The translations under genes were made by a program, and so were the position numbers. Below the pieces are notes generated by a model, which was not told the DNA's origin, did not search any database, and was given only the letters and a program-made list of their open reading frames with translations. 64,000 nt of DNA from Candidatus Woesearchaeota archaeon (GTDB taxonomy: Archaea; Nanobdellota; Nanobdellia; Woesearchaeales; ARS49): NCBI GenBank assembly GCA_038891615.1, contig JAWADY010000002.1:64994-128993 (forward strand), given 5' to 3'. This document shows, piece by piece, positions 8,857 through 17,784 of the stretch. How positions within the stretch are numbered: the first letter of the stretch is position 1; every line of letters begins with the position of its first letter.

Positions 8857-10827
8857 CTATTTGCTAAAAGGATTTCTCATTTGCTTTGCTACCCAGACTG
8901 GGCTAAAATCTTCATAATCATTATCAGTAAGCTGCTCGAGCTTATCCTTTTCAATGTTGTAAACAAAGATTTCGCAATCTCTGTCTTTTTGTTTCTGTCC
9001 AAAACGAAACCAAGGGCAAGCAGAAAAGGCAATGCCTTTTGAGTCTTGCGACCAAGCAATGTTGTCCTCATTTACAAAAAAATTGTTTGGAATGCTAACT
9101 TTTTTGATGCTTAGTTTTGGCCAATCCGCTATATTGACAATGGTTACAATACTGCTCCCCTTATACCTTATTGCAAAATGTTTCAAATCTGGAGAGTTAT
9201 ACATTGCTAATGCCTGGTCTGGAAGTTTTGTCACAAATTTTGGCTTGTCCACACCGTTCTTACAAGATTCTTTTCTTTTTTTCTGGCAAGAGGCTAAGTC
9301 ATAAAGGGTGGCTTTCTCGAGTGCTAGAAAGTAAAGAAGGTTTTGGCTTTCACCTTTTGGATGATAAGGACTGGCTGCGAGGCTAAAGAACAAGCCAGGC
9401 TTTGCAAAAGTCAGTGCAGTAACATAATATCCCTTTTTTTCAAAAATCTTAAGTTTGATTGGGCTTTCTGATCCAAAGATTTTATAAGCATATATCTTGC
9501 CCTTCTTCTCATTGTTGGCATAAACGAGCCAGTTAAAATCAAACCACTCAAAGGCTTCCCACTCTGATTTGTCGTCGTACCCTGTTGATAAATTCTTTAT
9601 TTTGTTCTCTTCCGTCTTTAAAAGGGGAGCGAGCCTGATAGTCTTCCAGGACTTTTCTGCAACGCATCCACATTGTGGTGAGATCTTTATTTTGTGATAA
9701 AAGGATAACCCAGAACTTTCAGCAACATCCCCAAGCTTTGGAAAGAAGTAATGTAGTTTGTTGTCTATCACCACACCAACAGTTTCTCCATCGCTGCTTT
9801 TTATTAGGTTTTTGGCTTCCTTTTTTTTAAACACAACCACATTATGCGTTTCCTTTAATGGTGACCGTGGATAAACAAAGTTTATTCCGAAGTTGTCATC
9901 TAATCGTGAAATAAAGTATATTTTCTCATCAGTGACCAATGAAGAAAGCCAGATGAAGAATGAGGCTGTTGTGACAAACGCCGACCCTAAAAACCATTTC
10001 CTGTTTTTGCGCCACCAAAGATACCTGCACGCCTTTTTAGCGCTCCATCTTTTCTTTAGATTTGTTTGAAGAAAGCCAGAAATAAGTTTGCGAAGTGGAG
10101 CTTTTTTAAGTCGTTCATATTCTCCAGAAATTATTTTTTCTCGCAACCTTTCACGCTCAGCATCCTCAAAAGGAAAGCTACCAGTTATAAGCTTGTACAG
10201 TGCAACGCCTGCCGCCCAACTATCACTTTGTTGCGATGGCATAAAGCCTTTTAGTAGTTCTGGCGCACGATAGAGCAAGCTACCATAGCAAGGGCCGTAG
10301 TGTAGCTCCTTGCTGTTCGATAGTCCGAAGTCAACAATTTTTATCTTTCCTTCAGAAAGAATGAGGTTTTCAAGGCTCAGGTCACCATGTGTAACACCTC
10401 TTGAGTGCAAAAAGTCAAGTCCTTTACAAATCTGTTCCGCGCATTCAATGAGTTGCTTTTCATCGAGTTTGCCTGCAACCTCGCTCAGCTTTCTGCCTTC
10501 CACATACTCTTCAACAATAAATGGCAGGCCAGTCTTTTCGTCTATGTTAACAAAGTAGATTTTAGCAATATGTTCATGGCCTTTGCCGCGCTCCTCACGC
10601 AACTTTGTAAGAATTTTTGCCTCGCGCTCAAATGTGCTTTCAATGCTTACATTCCTATAAGCTGGAAATGAGCGCGAATGTTTCAGAATTTTTAGTGCAA
10701 CTGTTATGCCTTGTTGAGTATCATAAGCCTTCCAAACTTCTTTAAAAGCGCCGCCACCAATCTTTTCAATGAGTCTAAACTTACCGTTATTAAAAAAAGC
10801 ATTATCCTTAAATTCTTCTTCAGCCAT
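8857..10827 (-). CDS. Eukaryotic-like Ser/Thr protein kinase fused to a TM helix and a C-terminal PD40/TolB-like beta-propeller domain
   Basis: Kinase subdomains G-x-G-x-x-F-x-V (GGGAFKEVW), VALK, HGDLSLENLIL, DFG, APE. Internal hydrophobic helix (FVTTASFFIWLSSLV). C-terminal WSQDSKGIAFSA-type PD40 repeats. Confidence 0.8.
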   Translation of the reverse strand: MAEEEFKDNAFFNNGKFRLIEKIGGGAFKEVWKAYDTQQGITVALKILKHSRSFPAYRNVSIESTFEREAKILTKLREERGKGHEHIAKIYFVNIDEKTGLPFIVEEYVEGRKLSEVAGKLDEKQLIECAEQICKGLDFLHSRGVTHGDLSLENLILSEGKIKIVDFGLSNSKELHYGPCYGSLLYRAPELLKGFMPSQQSDSWAAGVALYKLITGSFPFEDAERERLREKIISGEYERLKKAPLRKLISGFLQTNLKKRWSAKKACRYLWWRKNRKWFLGSAFVTTASFFIWLSSLVTDEKIYFISRLDDNFGINFVYPRSPLKETHNVVVFKKKEAKNLIKSSDGETVGVVIDNKLHYFFPKLGDVAESSGLSFYHKIKISPQCGCVAEKSWKTIRLAPLLKTEENKIKNLSTGYDDKSEWEAFEWFDFNWLVYANNEKKGKIYAYKIFGSESPIKLKIFEKKGYYVTALTFAKPGLFFSLAASPYHPKGESQNLLYFLALEKATLYDLASCQKKRKESCKNGVDKPKFVTKLPDQALAMYNSPDLKHFAIRYKGSSIVTIVNIADWPKLSIKKVSIPNNFFVNEDNIAWSQDSKGIAFSACPWFRFGQKQKDRDCEIFVYNIEKDKLEQLTDNDYEDFSPVWVAKQMRNPFSK

Positions 10828-10878
10828 CTCTTTTTTTTAAATTTATGCAAAAATTCTTTAAAAATTTTCCGAACAGCG

Positions 10879-11763
10879 TTATCTTGTTTTCTGGATAACA
10901 GATGGTAAAGCAAGCGCAGGAAGCTGTATGCTCAAGTCGACTATAGAAGCAAGGTGAATGTTTTTCCAGCCGTAACGACGTATTTCCTCAAAAATTCTCG
11001 AAGCTTCGGTTGCCGTTTCCTGTTTTGCATCGAAGACAAATCTGTAGCAAGCGTCAAAAAGCTTGGCAGCCTTTTCATATTGTTTTACAATCTCCTGTTC
11101 AGGAACCGCGCGCTGCTTGACTATCTCTGCAGCAAGATACTTGCACTCGTCACCAATTCTTTCCACACTCCAGACAATGACTGCCTTACGCATAGCCTCT
11201 AGGTGTTCTGATATGACATTTTTTGCAAGATACCTCATGCAGTAATGTGCAAGCCTATTCACATCAATATCGCGCTGCTCTAGATGTTCAAGAGCAGTGT
11301 AATCCCAATTTCGAATAGCTTCTACCGAATCCTCAAGCATTCCTTTTACAAGAAGAAACAACCTCCGATAAAGTGCTGGAAATTCATCTTTTATCTGACC
11401 AGCAACATCACGCAAAATGCAATAGTTGCTCCTTTGTTCAACAGTCTCAAAACCAATTAGCTCAATGAGGGCTTTTTTGACGCGCTGAGGAGTTTCTGCT
11501 TCGAAGTTTGTGATTTTTATTTCATCATAGCCATCCTCATAAAGCCTGACAATAAGCCTTGGCAAGAGGACTCCTGCCTCAGGCGCACTTATTTCTTTGC
11601 TTTTGAAGACCTTTTGAGTGCTTGTTGGAGAAAGCGAAATAAAACCTGGTTGTTCTGACATTTCAATCTCATCTCCTTTCTTTATTCCATACTTTCTTGC
11701 CCATTTCGCAGGAAGACTTACCACAAGCGTTTGCTTGGAAAGCTGAATGACCTTTCTTCTCAT
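10879..11763 (-). CDS. Archaeal-type PhoU-family regulator with N-terminal AbrB/SpoVT-like domain
   Basis: N-terminus VIQLSKQTLVVSLPAKWARKYGIKKGDEIE (AbrB swapped-hairpin signature). PhoU hallmark ERIGDECKYLAAEI plus a second helical repeat. Confidence 0.7.
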   Translation of the reverse strand: MRRKVIQLSKQTLVVSLPAKWARKYGIKKGDEIEMSEQPGFISLSPTSTQKVFKSKEISAPEAGVLLPRLIVRLYEDGYDEIKITNFEAETPQRVKKALIELIGFETVEQRSNYCILRDVAGQIKDEFPALYRRLFLLVKGMLEDSVEAIRNWDYTALEHLEQRDIDVNRLAHYCMRYLAKNVISEHLEAMRKAVIVWSVERIGDECKYLAAEIVKQRAVPEQEIVKQYEKAAKLFDACYRFVFDAKQETATEASRIFEEIRRYGWKNIHLASIVDLSIQLPALALPSVIQKTR

Positions 11764-11910
11764 AATCCTTTGAAATGGTGCTTTGTATATAAAGTTTTCT
11801 ATAGGTATATAATTAAATTTTTATTATATATTTTAAGATAACTTATATATTTTAAGCATAAAATATATACTTTTGTTAATGCACTCACCTAAAAAAAGGA
11901 GGTGAGAAAG
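11764..11910. promoter_or_regulatory. AT-rich divergent promoter region between the phoU-like and lrp-like genes, with several TATA-like elements and a 13-bp direct repeat tatatattttaag (11825-11837, 11844-11856)
   Basis: Extremely AT-rich 147-bp spacer. TATA-like tatataaag / aaaatatatac. GGAGGTGA Shine-Dalgarno at 11898-11905 ahead of ATG 11911. Confidence 0.45.
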
Positions 11911-12393
11911 ATGTCTGACTTTCAAAAAAAGGATTTGGTAATAATAGCCCATCTCAGGCAGAATGCGCGGATGAAGCTAACAGCAATGTCAAGAAAAACA
12001 GCACTCCCTGTCTCAACAATTTATGACAGGTTACAACTTCATGAAGGAAAGACAATCCTAAAGCATTCGTCTCTCATTGACTTTTCAAGACTTGGCTTTA
12101 GTGCAAGAGTGAATGTTCTCTTCAAACTTGGAAAAACTGATAAACAGGAATTTGTAGCATTCCTATCAAAACATCAGAATGTCAACAGCCTTTACAGGAT
12201 TAATAATGGTTTTGATTTCCTTGCAGAGTGCATTTTTAAGAACATACGAGAACTAGAAGACTTTTTCGAACAACTTGATGCAAGGTTTGACATAAAGCAT
12301 AAAGAGGTTTACCATGTTATTGACGAGCTAAAGCGTGAAGCCTTTTTATCAGACCCTCAATTGATTGAGCTTGCAGGAATTGAAGCAGCCTAA
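11911..12393 (+). CDS. Lrp/AsnC-family transcriptional regulator
   Basis: N-terminal HTH (KKDLVIIAHLRQNARMKLTAMSRKTALPVSTIYDRLQ) followed by a RAM/ACT-like C-terminal domain. About 160 aa, typical size. Shine-Dalgarno GGAGGTGA 5 nt upstream. Confidence 0.75.
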   Translation: MSDFQKKDLVIIAHLRQNARMKLTAMSRKTALPVSTIYDRLQLHEGKTILKHSSLIDFSRLGFSARVNVLFKLGKTDKQEFVAFLSKHQNVNSLYRINNGFDFLAECIFKNIRELEDFFEQLDARFDIKHKEVYHVIDELKREAFLSDPQLIELAGIEAA

Positions 12394-12493
12394 TCCGCCC
12401 TGAAAGGAAGCAAATGCGTAGTGAATTGCTTGCTCAAACTCAACACACAACAAAGCTTACAAAGCAAACATTTTACGATTTTCAGTAGCAAGC

Positions 12494-12501
12494 TTTAAAT
12501 A
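12494..12501 (+). promoter_or_regulatory. Candidate TATA box (tttaaata) for the pilin-like gene cluster, about 43 nt upstream of ATG 12544, with GAGGTG Shine-Dalgarno at 12533-12538
   Basis: Archaeal TATA-like octamer at an appropriate distance from a short leader carrying a Shine-Dalgarno site. Confidence 0.3.
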
Positions 12502-12543
12502 CTCTGTACTTACTTTTCTTGAAAAACAAAACGAGGTGTTGAG

Positions 12544-12798
12544 ATGTCAAAAGGTCAAGGCATTTCAATTAATGTTATCATAATAGCTGCGATTGCACTG
12601 CTTGTTCTTGTTGTTCTTTCTGTTATGTTCATAGGCAGGATAGGACTCTTTGGAGTTAAGAGTGTTTCTTGCACAGAACAGGGAGGAACATGTTCTGTTG
12701 ATGTCTGCCCAGCAGGGACAAGGGAGTACACACCTTGGAGGTGCCCTGATACTCCTGAGGGGGCAAAGCAGCGCTGCTGCGTGGCAATAGGGGTGTAA
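12544..12798 (+). CDS. Small Cys-rich pilin-like protein (84 aa), class III signal peptide
   Basis: MSKGQG|ISINVIIIAAIALLVLVVLSVMFIG. C-terminal 45 aa contain 7 Cys. Paralogous to the next two genes. Confidence 0.65.
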   Translation: MSKGQGISINVIIIAAIALLVLVVLSVMFIGRIGLFGVKSVSCTEQGGTCSVDVCPAGTREYTPWRCPDTPEGAKQRCCVAIGV

Positions 12799-12809
12799 GT
12801 GAATTTTCA

Positions 12810-13079
12810 ATGGCAAAAGCGCAAGGGCTGCCAATAAACACAATCATTATCGTTGCGCTAGCACTTGTTGTTCTTTTAGTCATTGCAGCCATTTTTACTG
12901 GTCGTATACAGCTTTTTGGAAGAGCGCTAAGCAACTGCCCAAAAGGAGAGGGGAAGTGGTGCACAGACAACCCTTCGGATTGCGCAGCTGGCAACGCAGC
13001 AGCAAGTCCGCTAAAAAATTGCAACGAAGATGCTGACCCTGAACCAGAAGGGAGCTATTGTTGCATACCATTGGCATGA
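12810..13079 (+). CDS. Small Cys-rich pilin-like protein (89 aa), paralog of 12544
   Basis: MAKAQG|LPINTIIIVALALVVLLVIAAIFTG. The N-terminal 30 aa are almost identical to the upstream gene. C-terminal Cys-rich segment. Confidence 0.65.
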   Translation: MAKAQGLPINTIIIVALALVVLLVIAAIFTGRIQLFGRALSNCPKGEGKWCTDNPSDCAAGNAAASPLKNCNEDADPEPEGSYCCIPLA

Positions 13080-13366
13080 GAATGGGCAAAATGAGCGGAA
13101 AAAAGGGTGCTGAAGCCATTTGGTACATAATCGCGCTTGTCATTGGGCTAATAGTTCTTGTTGTGCTGGTAGCATTATTTACAGGAAAGGTAAAGCTGTT
13201 TGGCAAGGCAGGAGAAGAAATCGAAAAAGGTGTTCGTGGAAATCTTTGTTTTGAGCAGGGTTTTTGTGAAGCGGGCACTGCTTGTCCTCCTGGTTCAACA
13301 GCAATCCCGCGCCCTGCTGCTGGCTGGACAGATTGCACAGGGATTTGTTGCAAGCAAGTTGGATAA
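13076..13366 (+). CDS. Small Cys-rich pilin-like protein (about 96 aa), paralog
   Basis: ATG overlaps the upstream TGA (cATGA). MRMGKMSGKKG|AEAIWYIIALVIGLIVLVVLVALFTG. C-terminal Cys-rich. Confidence 0.6.
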   Translation: MRMGKMSGKKGAEAIWYIIALVIGLIVLVVLVALFTGKVKLFGKAGEEIEKGVRGNLCFEQGFCEAGTACPPGSTAIPRPAAGWTDCTGICCKQVG

Positions 13367-13508
13367 AGTTTTTATACGCAAGAGCCACTTGATTTTTTAT
13401 GCACAAAAGAGGCGTTGAAAAAAGCACTTTGTTATACCTCATCCTAATCCTTATCTTTCTTGCGCTTGCAGCCTATATTCTTGTGAGAATTGCTGGGAGG
13501 ATTTTTGG

Positions 13509-14225
13509 ATGAGCCTGCTCATTGTCAGAAGGAAGGGAATAACAGAAACAGGATTAGTGGCAATAATCCTTGTCCTTGCCTCTGGCATTGTTCTTGGAGC
13601 TCTTGTCTATCAGTTTACTGTTAAGGGGAAGCAGGTTGGCTCTATCGAGCTTTGCAGACAGAATGTGCTAACTGCTAGCAAAGTTGTAGCGCTTGGCAAA
13701 GCAGATATTTGGCCAATCACCAACTGCTTTACAGAAGACCTTGGCAAACTTCCAGAAAAAGAAGAAGAAGCCATTACTCTGATTGCCGAGGGTATTAGGA
13801 AGTGCTGGTACATGTGGGGCGAAGGAAAGCTAACTCCATGGAGCTCTACATGGCTATCAAGAAACATCATGTGTCATGTTTGTACGATGTTTGAGCCAAG
13901 CGCAGAAGTGAGTATTGAAAAGCTTCATGGTTGGATGAGGACTCACAACATTCCTGGCAAAGAATTAACCTACTATGACTTTTTGAAAGAAGGCTACATC
14001 CCTTTCATCTATCCAGCACTTGAAGAAGAAGCCAAAGCCAAAAAAGTTGACCTCACAAAAGGAATGAAATGGGCTGTCTTTTATGCCTATGGAACGCGCG
14101 CGGATTGGCTAAGATTTCCCCTCATTGGTGGACTTGTGCTTGAAGAACCAAAACAAGGCGTTGCCTTCCTGCCGACAAATGAACTCGGAGGCATATGTAC
14201 ATATACTACGATAAAACTCAAATGA
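13509..14225 (+). CDS. Pilin-like protein (238 aa) with class III signal peptide and a Cys-containing globular domain
   Basis: MSLLIVRRKG|ITETGLVAIILVLASGIVLGALVY. Shares CW..WGEGKL...CHVC motifs with the next gene, so the two are paralogs. Confidence 0.6.
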   Translation: MSLLIVRRKGITETGLVAIILVLASGIVLGALVYQFTVKGKQVGSIELCRQNVLTASKVVALGKADIWPITNCFTEDLGKLPEKEEEAITLIAEGIRKCWYMWGEGKLTPWSSTWLSRNIMCHVCTMFEPSAEVSIEKLHGWMRTHNIPGKELTYYDFLKEGYIPFIYPALEEEAKAKKVDLTKGMKWAVFYAYGTRADWLRFPLIGGLVLEEPKQGVAFLPTNELGGICTYTTIKLK

Positions 14226-15145
14226 AAAGGGCGCAAGTAACAACACAGACACTCTTGGTAGTGCTCGTGCTTTTACTCGTAGCAGCTGTCATCTTTATTT
14301 CTTTTCAGACAAGACTCTTTGGCTTAGCAGAAGCCAAAAGTGCAAAGGATGTTTGCAAAACTTCTGTCTATGCCAATGCGCTGCTTGGAAGAAGTGTTGG
14401 AATCTTTTCTTCGGATATAAAATGTCCAACTCAGTATCTTCAGATAGACAATAGTGATGTTGCACATGCAAAGTTTGAGATTGCAAAAGCTCTGTCAGAT
14501 TGTTGGGAACAATTTGGAGAAGGCAGGCTTGAGCTTTTTTCTGGAGAAGGTGTTTTTTGTTCCGTATGTCATTTGATAACTTTTAAGCACAAAGAAAAAG
14601 CAATAAGCGGGCTTTTAGACTATCTTGCAACTAACAAAAAACCCCTTACTGACAAAAGCTATCTTGATTATCTAACAAGCTATCACACTTCAGGAAGCGA
14701 GGTTCTTAAGGCATATGCAGCTGAAAAGCTCCCGCCTGACATTCTTGACCCATCGCGAGGCAACACCTATGCAACAATCTTCTACTATGTCAAGGGTAAA
14801 GACCATGTGAAGGATGTTATTGAAAGAGCCCAAGCAGCAGCACCTGGCATTGGGCTTGAAGCACTTGGTATCGGATTGATAAAGGCAGGCAGTGCAACAG
14901 CTGGCTTGATTTCAGCAACCGGCATTGGTGCGCCTCTAGGTGTAGTTGTTGCAAAGGTCTCAACAATTGTCGGCGGAGTTTTGATTGTTGGCGGAGCAGG
15001 CTATGCCCTCCTCGCTGGTTGGTTCGGCGGAGTCCCTGTAGAATTCCTCTCACAAGTACGCCTCGAGCCTTACAACGAGCAAACGCTTAAAAACCTCGGA
15101 TGCCAAATCCTGCCTGCAGCTGAAAAAGCAGAGGTTGGAAGGTGA
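14222..15145 (+). CDS. Pilin-like protein (about 307 aa), paralog of 13509, with a C-terminal Gly/Ala-rich hydrophobic segment
   Basis: Start ATG overlaps the upstream stop (aATGA). MKRA|QVTTQTLLVVLVLLLVAAVIFISF. Motifs CWEQFGEGRL / CSVCHL match the upstream paralog. Confidence 0.6.
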   Translation: MKRAQVTTQTLLVVLVLLLVAAVIFISFQTRLFGLAEAKSAKDVCKTSVYANALLGRSVGIFSSDIKCPTQYLQIDNSDVAHAKFEIAKALSDCWEQFGEGRLELFSGEGVFCSVCHLITFKHKEKAISGLLDYLATNKKPLTDKSYLDYLTSYHTSGSEVLKAYAAEKLPPDILDPSRGNTYATIFYYVKGKDHVKDVIERAQAAAPGIGLEALGIGLIKAGSATAGLISATGIGAPLGVVVAKVSTIVGGVLIVGGAGYALLAGWFGGVPVEFLSQVRLEPYNEQTLKNLGCQILPAAEKAEVGR

Positions 15146-15279
15146 TGAAAAAAGGCATATCCCGCGAGGCATTTGTTTACATACTCTTGGCACTTATTGC
15201 AATCCTCATTGGAGTAATCTTGATAATTTTTTGGGGAGGCGGGGCAGAAAAGGTCCTTAAGTCTCTTGGTTTGGGATAG
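15145..15279 (+). CDS. Mini pilin-like protein (44 aa), essentially only a class III signal peptide plus TM helix
   Basis: Absent from the ORF track (<60 aa). TGATG overlap with the upstream stop. MKKG|ISREAFVYILLALIAILIGVILIIFWGGG. Confidence 0.4.
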   Translation: MKKGISREAFVYILLALIAILIGVILIIFWGGGAEKVLKSLGLG

Positions 15280-15284
15280 CTCAA

Positions 15285-15641
15285 ATGGACAAAAAAGCTG
15301 TTGCAATAGAAACAATAGTCATCCTTCTCCTTGCACTTGTTGCTCTCCTTTTCTTTACAGTCCTTGGAGGAAAGCAGCTTCAATTGGGCAAGAAAATAAG
15401 CTTTTTCATGCCGGGCTGCCCAAAGGGTGTTTTAATAACCACAGAATGTCCATGTGATGGCCAAAAGATAAGTTCAGGTTATTGCTGTGATTTTGGACCA
15501 AGCCAAAAGCCTTGCTTTTGCGTAGAGCGAAATGTTAATAAGTGCGAGGATTACAAAAAGCAAGAGGATTGTGTAAGCAATCCTTGCCAAGTTCAAACTG
15601 CTTGCACCTTTGAACAAGGTGTTTGCAAAAGGGCTGGTTAA
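15285..15641 (+). CDS. Pilin-like protein (118 aa) with an extremely Cys-rich C-terminal domain
   Basis: MDKKA|VAIETIVILLLALVALLFFTVLGG. 16 Cys in the last 80 aa (CPKG...CPCDG...YCCDFG...CFCVERN...). Confidence 0.6.
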   Translation: MDKKAVAIETIVILLLALVALLFFTVLGGKQLQLGKKISFFMPGCPKGVLITTECPCDGQKISSGYCCDFGPSQKPCFCVERNVNKCEDYKKQEDCVSNPCQVQTACTFEQGVCKRAG

Positions 15642-15645
15642 ATAA

Positions 15646-16071
15646 ATGGCAAAAAAAGGGGTAAGTGGAATACAGGTCGTCATAGCACTTTTGATTGGCA
15701 TCATAGTGCTCTATGTTGTTGTGGCTTTTATGCAAGCACAGTTCAAGAAGGCTGGAAAGAGTATCGAGGAAATAACTCCTTCCACAATCAGCTTTGCGCT
15801 GCAAGGCTGCAGGCTCCAAGCCGCACGAGGTTTTTCTGATGCAGATAAGGATGGATATCCCGACTTTTGTGATGTCTGCGAAGGCGGTGATGACGGAAAG
15901 CACAGCGATGCTGACTGGGTTCCAGATGATTGTGATGCGCATGAAAAAACAAAAGGGCTTCCTGCAAAGGAATGTGGTTGTGAAAAGCCAGAAATGGATT
16001 CTGAAGGCAGGCTGATAAAGAGCTGTGGGAGGCTTCTTTCAATCGAGCCATTTAAGTGCGCGAAAAAATGA
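15646..16071 (+). CDS. Pilin-like protein (141 aa) with Asp/Cys-rich (Ca-binding-like) C-terminal domain
   Basis: MAKKG|VSGIQVVIALLIGIIVLYVVVAF. C-terminus: DADKDGYPDFCDVCEGGDDGKHSDADWVPDDCD. Confidence 0.6.
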   Translation: MAKKGVSGIQVVIALLIGIIVLYVVVAFMQAQFKKAGKSIEEITPSTISFALQGCRLQAARGFSDADKDGYPDFCDVCEGGDDGKHSDADWVPDDCDAHEKTKGLPAKECGCEKPEMDSEGRLIKSCGRLLSIEPFKCAKK

Positions 16072-16088
16072 ATTTGGTAAAATGAAAA

Positions 16089-16949
16089 ATGAGCAAAAGG
16101 AAAGGCCAGGAAGAAGTTGGAAGGATGCTTTGGGAACTTGTTGCGCTGATACTGGCAGTAACTGTTATCATTGGAGGGATATTGTTTTTTGGAAGGGCAT
16201 TTGGATTTATTGGTGAGAGCAAAGAGGAACAGGACACAATCTCAAGCTTTTACAGCCTTGCAACAAAACTAAACGAACTGGCGCTGCTTTCAGAGTCATT
16301 CGTTCATGACAGGCTACCACTTTTTATTGGGGAAGGATTTGTAATTGTTGGCTTTGACAAAGCTGGAGATATTTCTGTCAATGGTTGCAGCGATGAAACA
16401 CATCTTGGAGTTCCAGCTACTGACCTCATCCCAAAGCCAGAGTTCTGTGGCGAGTTTGCTTGCATATGCCTCTATTCTGGCATTAGCGAAGAAGTCGGCG
16501 AGAAGCAGCCAATTTCTTGTGCCAAAATTTTCGCTGACAGATTGATTGGCTTGAGTAGTGCGTATCTTGAAAAAAACTATCCCTCTTTTGAGTCTTTTTG
16601 GAAAAACGCAATGGGCTCTCGTAGGGATAAGCCAGAACTACAAAGGTTCATGGTAACAGGGACAGAGCCTTTTAGCACTCTTCTCGAAAAAGACTATCCT
16701 CTTTTCCCAAGCTTTGAAAGCTACCCCTATACCTATTTTGTTCTTCATGGTGAGTGTGAAAACTGGTGGTTTGATGCCAACTTTGGCACACAAAGCCTCT
16801 ATCTTGAAAAAGTGAGGATAAAAGACAGGAACTATTTATTTATCACCGCAGACATCGAGGACTTTGTAAACAAAAGGGTTGCTGCAATAAAGGATTGGCT
16901 AGAGAAGCAAAAGAGTCAAGAGAAAGCCGAGGGAGGGCTGGTTGGTTGA
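16089..16949 (+). CDS. Pilin-like protein (286 aa)
   Basis: MSKRKG|QEEVGRMLWELVALILAVTVIIGGILFFG. Basic N-terminus, Q at +1, a single N-terminal hydrophobic helix. Confidence 0.55.
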   Translation: MSKRKGQEEVGRMLWELVALILAVTVIIGGILFFGRAFGFIGESKEEQDTISSFYSLATKLNELALLSESFVHDRLPLFIGEGFVIVGFDKAGDISVNGCSDETHLGVPATDLIPKPEFCGEFACICLYSGISEEVGEKQPISCAKIFADRLIGLSSAYLEKNYPSFESFWKNAMGSRRDKPELQRFMVTGTEPFSTLLEKDYPLFPSFESYPYTYFVLHGECENWWFDANFGTQSLYLEKVRIKDRNYLFITADIEDFVNKRVAAIKDWLEKQKSQEKAEGGLVG

Positions 16950-17784
16950 AATGGTTGTGATTGGCAAGCGAGCCGTTGTTCATCCAGTTGCTCTGACAAT
17001 TGCAGAGCTTATTTTAGCCGCAATTATTGTCCTTGCAATGTACAATTTTGCCTCAAGGGCAAGAGAGCCTGGAAGGCTTGAAAAAGAGTTTGTTGCAAAA
17101 GACCTTGGCTTGCTGCTTGACGCCGTTTCCGTTGGCCAAGGGAGTTACTATTTGGTTTACACATCACCAGCCCTTCATCAAGATTTCAAGATTTCTGCAG
17201 GCGCCCACGAGGTTGTTGTTGATGGCTCAAGGCAGCCCTACGCATCTGGGCGTATAGAAATAAAAGGAGATTCCTTTGGAACAGATAAACTTGTGATCTG
17301 GTCTGAAACTGGAATTCTTGGCACGCCTTCAGCAGTCAAAGGTCACCTGCTACAGCTTCCTTGCGAAAGCCCACTGTCTTTTTCAACTGATAGGCAGCTT
17401 GCGGTAGCTGCTGATGATGGTGCCAAACAACTTGTTGAAAGACTTTTTGTCAAGGACTTAGGGAAAAGGCTGTTGTCAAATGATGAGAAAGGCGCAAGTG
17501 CGCTATTAAAAATTTTCACAGGAACAAAAAATGGGACAGCGAAGGCATATTTTTGGAAGGATGATAAGTCAGCAAGGTCGCTTGCATGCGCCCTTTTGAA
17601 CAGCATTGTCGCTTTTGAAGGAACCAATTCAGCCCTTCTTCTTCCGCTTAATCCTGAGCTTGCACCAAAGCGTTTTGCAGAGCTTGAGAAACAAAAGCCA
17701 GCTGTCTTCCTCGAGCTAGGCCCAGACCTTATTTCAAGCCCTGAACTTGCTCAGGCACTTTATGGTGGTGTTCGAAGTGGCTGA
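16942..17784 (+). CDS. Pilin-like protein (280 aa)
   Basis: ...VIGKRA|VVHPVALTIAELILAAIIVLAMYNF. Overlaps the upstream gene by 8 nt. Confidence 0.5.
   Translation: MVEMVVIGKRAVVHPVALTIAELILAAIIVLAMYNFASRAREPGRLEKEFVAKDLGLLLDAVSVGQGSYYLVYTSPALHQDFKISAGAHEVVVDGSRQPYASGRIEIKGDSFGTDKLVIWSETGILGTPSAVKGHLLQLPCESPLSFSTDRQLAVAADDGAKQLVERLFVKDLGKRLLSNDEKGASALLKIFTGTKNGTAKAYFWKDDKSARSLACALLNSIVAFEGTNSALLLPLNPELAPKRFAELEKQKPAVFLELGPDLISSPELAQALYGGVRSG

Noticed and set aside
12565-13442. Minus-strand ORFs (87-152 aa) overlapping the small Cys-rich pilin genes
   Set aside because: The plus-strand genes have Shine-Dalgarno sites, class-III signals and paralog conservation. The antisense frames lack any signal and mirror the Cys codons as Ala/Gln/His-rich junk.
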